From NCBI RefSeq assembly GCF_006345805.1, contig NC_043014.1:42284001-42348000 (forward strand): a stretch of 64,000 nt of DNA. The letters run 5' to 3'. Source of the stretch: Octopus sinensis (taxonomy: Eukaryota). Positions within the stretch are counted from its first letter, which is position 1, and every line of letters begins with the position of its first letter. The notes under the pieces are model-generated. The model made no database searches. It was not told the origin of the DNA and saw nothing but the letters and a program-made list of their open reading frames with translations. The position numbers and the translations under genes are program-made. Shown here one piece after another: positions 63,640 through 64,000 of this stretch.

Positions 63640-64000
63640 GAATTCAATCACAAAGCTTCGGTTGGCTCGGGGCTATAGCAGAAGACACTTGCCCAAGGTG
63701 CCACGCGGTGGGTCTGAACCCGAAACCATATAGCTAAGAAGAAGCAAGCTCCCTAACCACACAGCCATGCCCGCGCCCAATACGACGGGCTTCTTTTAGT
63801 TTCCGTCTACCAAATACACTCACAAGGCTTTGGTCGGCCCGAGGCTATAGTAGAAGACACTTGCCGAAGGTGCCACGCGGTGGGTCTGAACCCGAAACCA
63901 TATAGCTAGGAAGAAGCAAGCTCCCTAACCACACATCCATGCCCGCGCCTAATACGACGGGCTTCTTTTAGTTTCCGTCTACCAAATACACTCACATGGC
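63640..64000 (-). repeat. 172-bp tandem array of a variant SINE-A left monomer, running off the window
   Basis: AATACGACGGGC at 63779 and 63951; no right monomer between units. Confidence 0.85.

Noticed and set aside
63069-63737. 222-aa ORF
   Set aside because: Runs through poly-T, poly-A, (TG)n, (CT)n and a SINE; low-complexity chance ORF.

Overview
AT-rich, repeat-saturated eukaryotic non-coding DNA (intergenic or deep intronic). I find no host-gene exon I can support, and no rRNA, true tRNA gene or CRISPR array. Most ORFs in the track are translations of microsatellites or SINEs. The SINE sequences and microsatellite density look like an octopus (coleoid cephalopod) genome; this is recalled resemblance, not a search result. 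Contents: three tRNA-headed SINE families (my labels SINE-A, -B, -C); decayed LINEs of the RTE, CR1 and R4/Dong clades; Penelope-like (PLE) fragments; two mariner pseudogenes; non-autonomous Helitrons; piggyBac-like MITEs (TTAA duplication); two long-TIR MITE families with GG ends and 8-bp TSDs; a solo LTR; and several mini/microsatellites. The most interesting signal is a set of about 200-nt elements sitting in (TA)n tracts that carry minimal hammerhead-ribozyme motifs: one canonical core at 42353-42395 plus five variant-core copies showing covariation-like patterns, and one decayed copy. SINE-B multimers with a recurrent identical junction are the second most interesting. Coordinates were counted by eye; TSD, TIR and motif positions should be close, diffuse repeat edges are approximate (about +/-20 bp).
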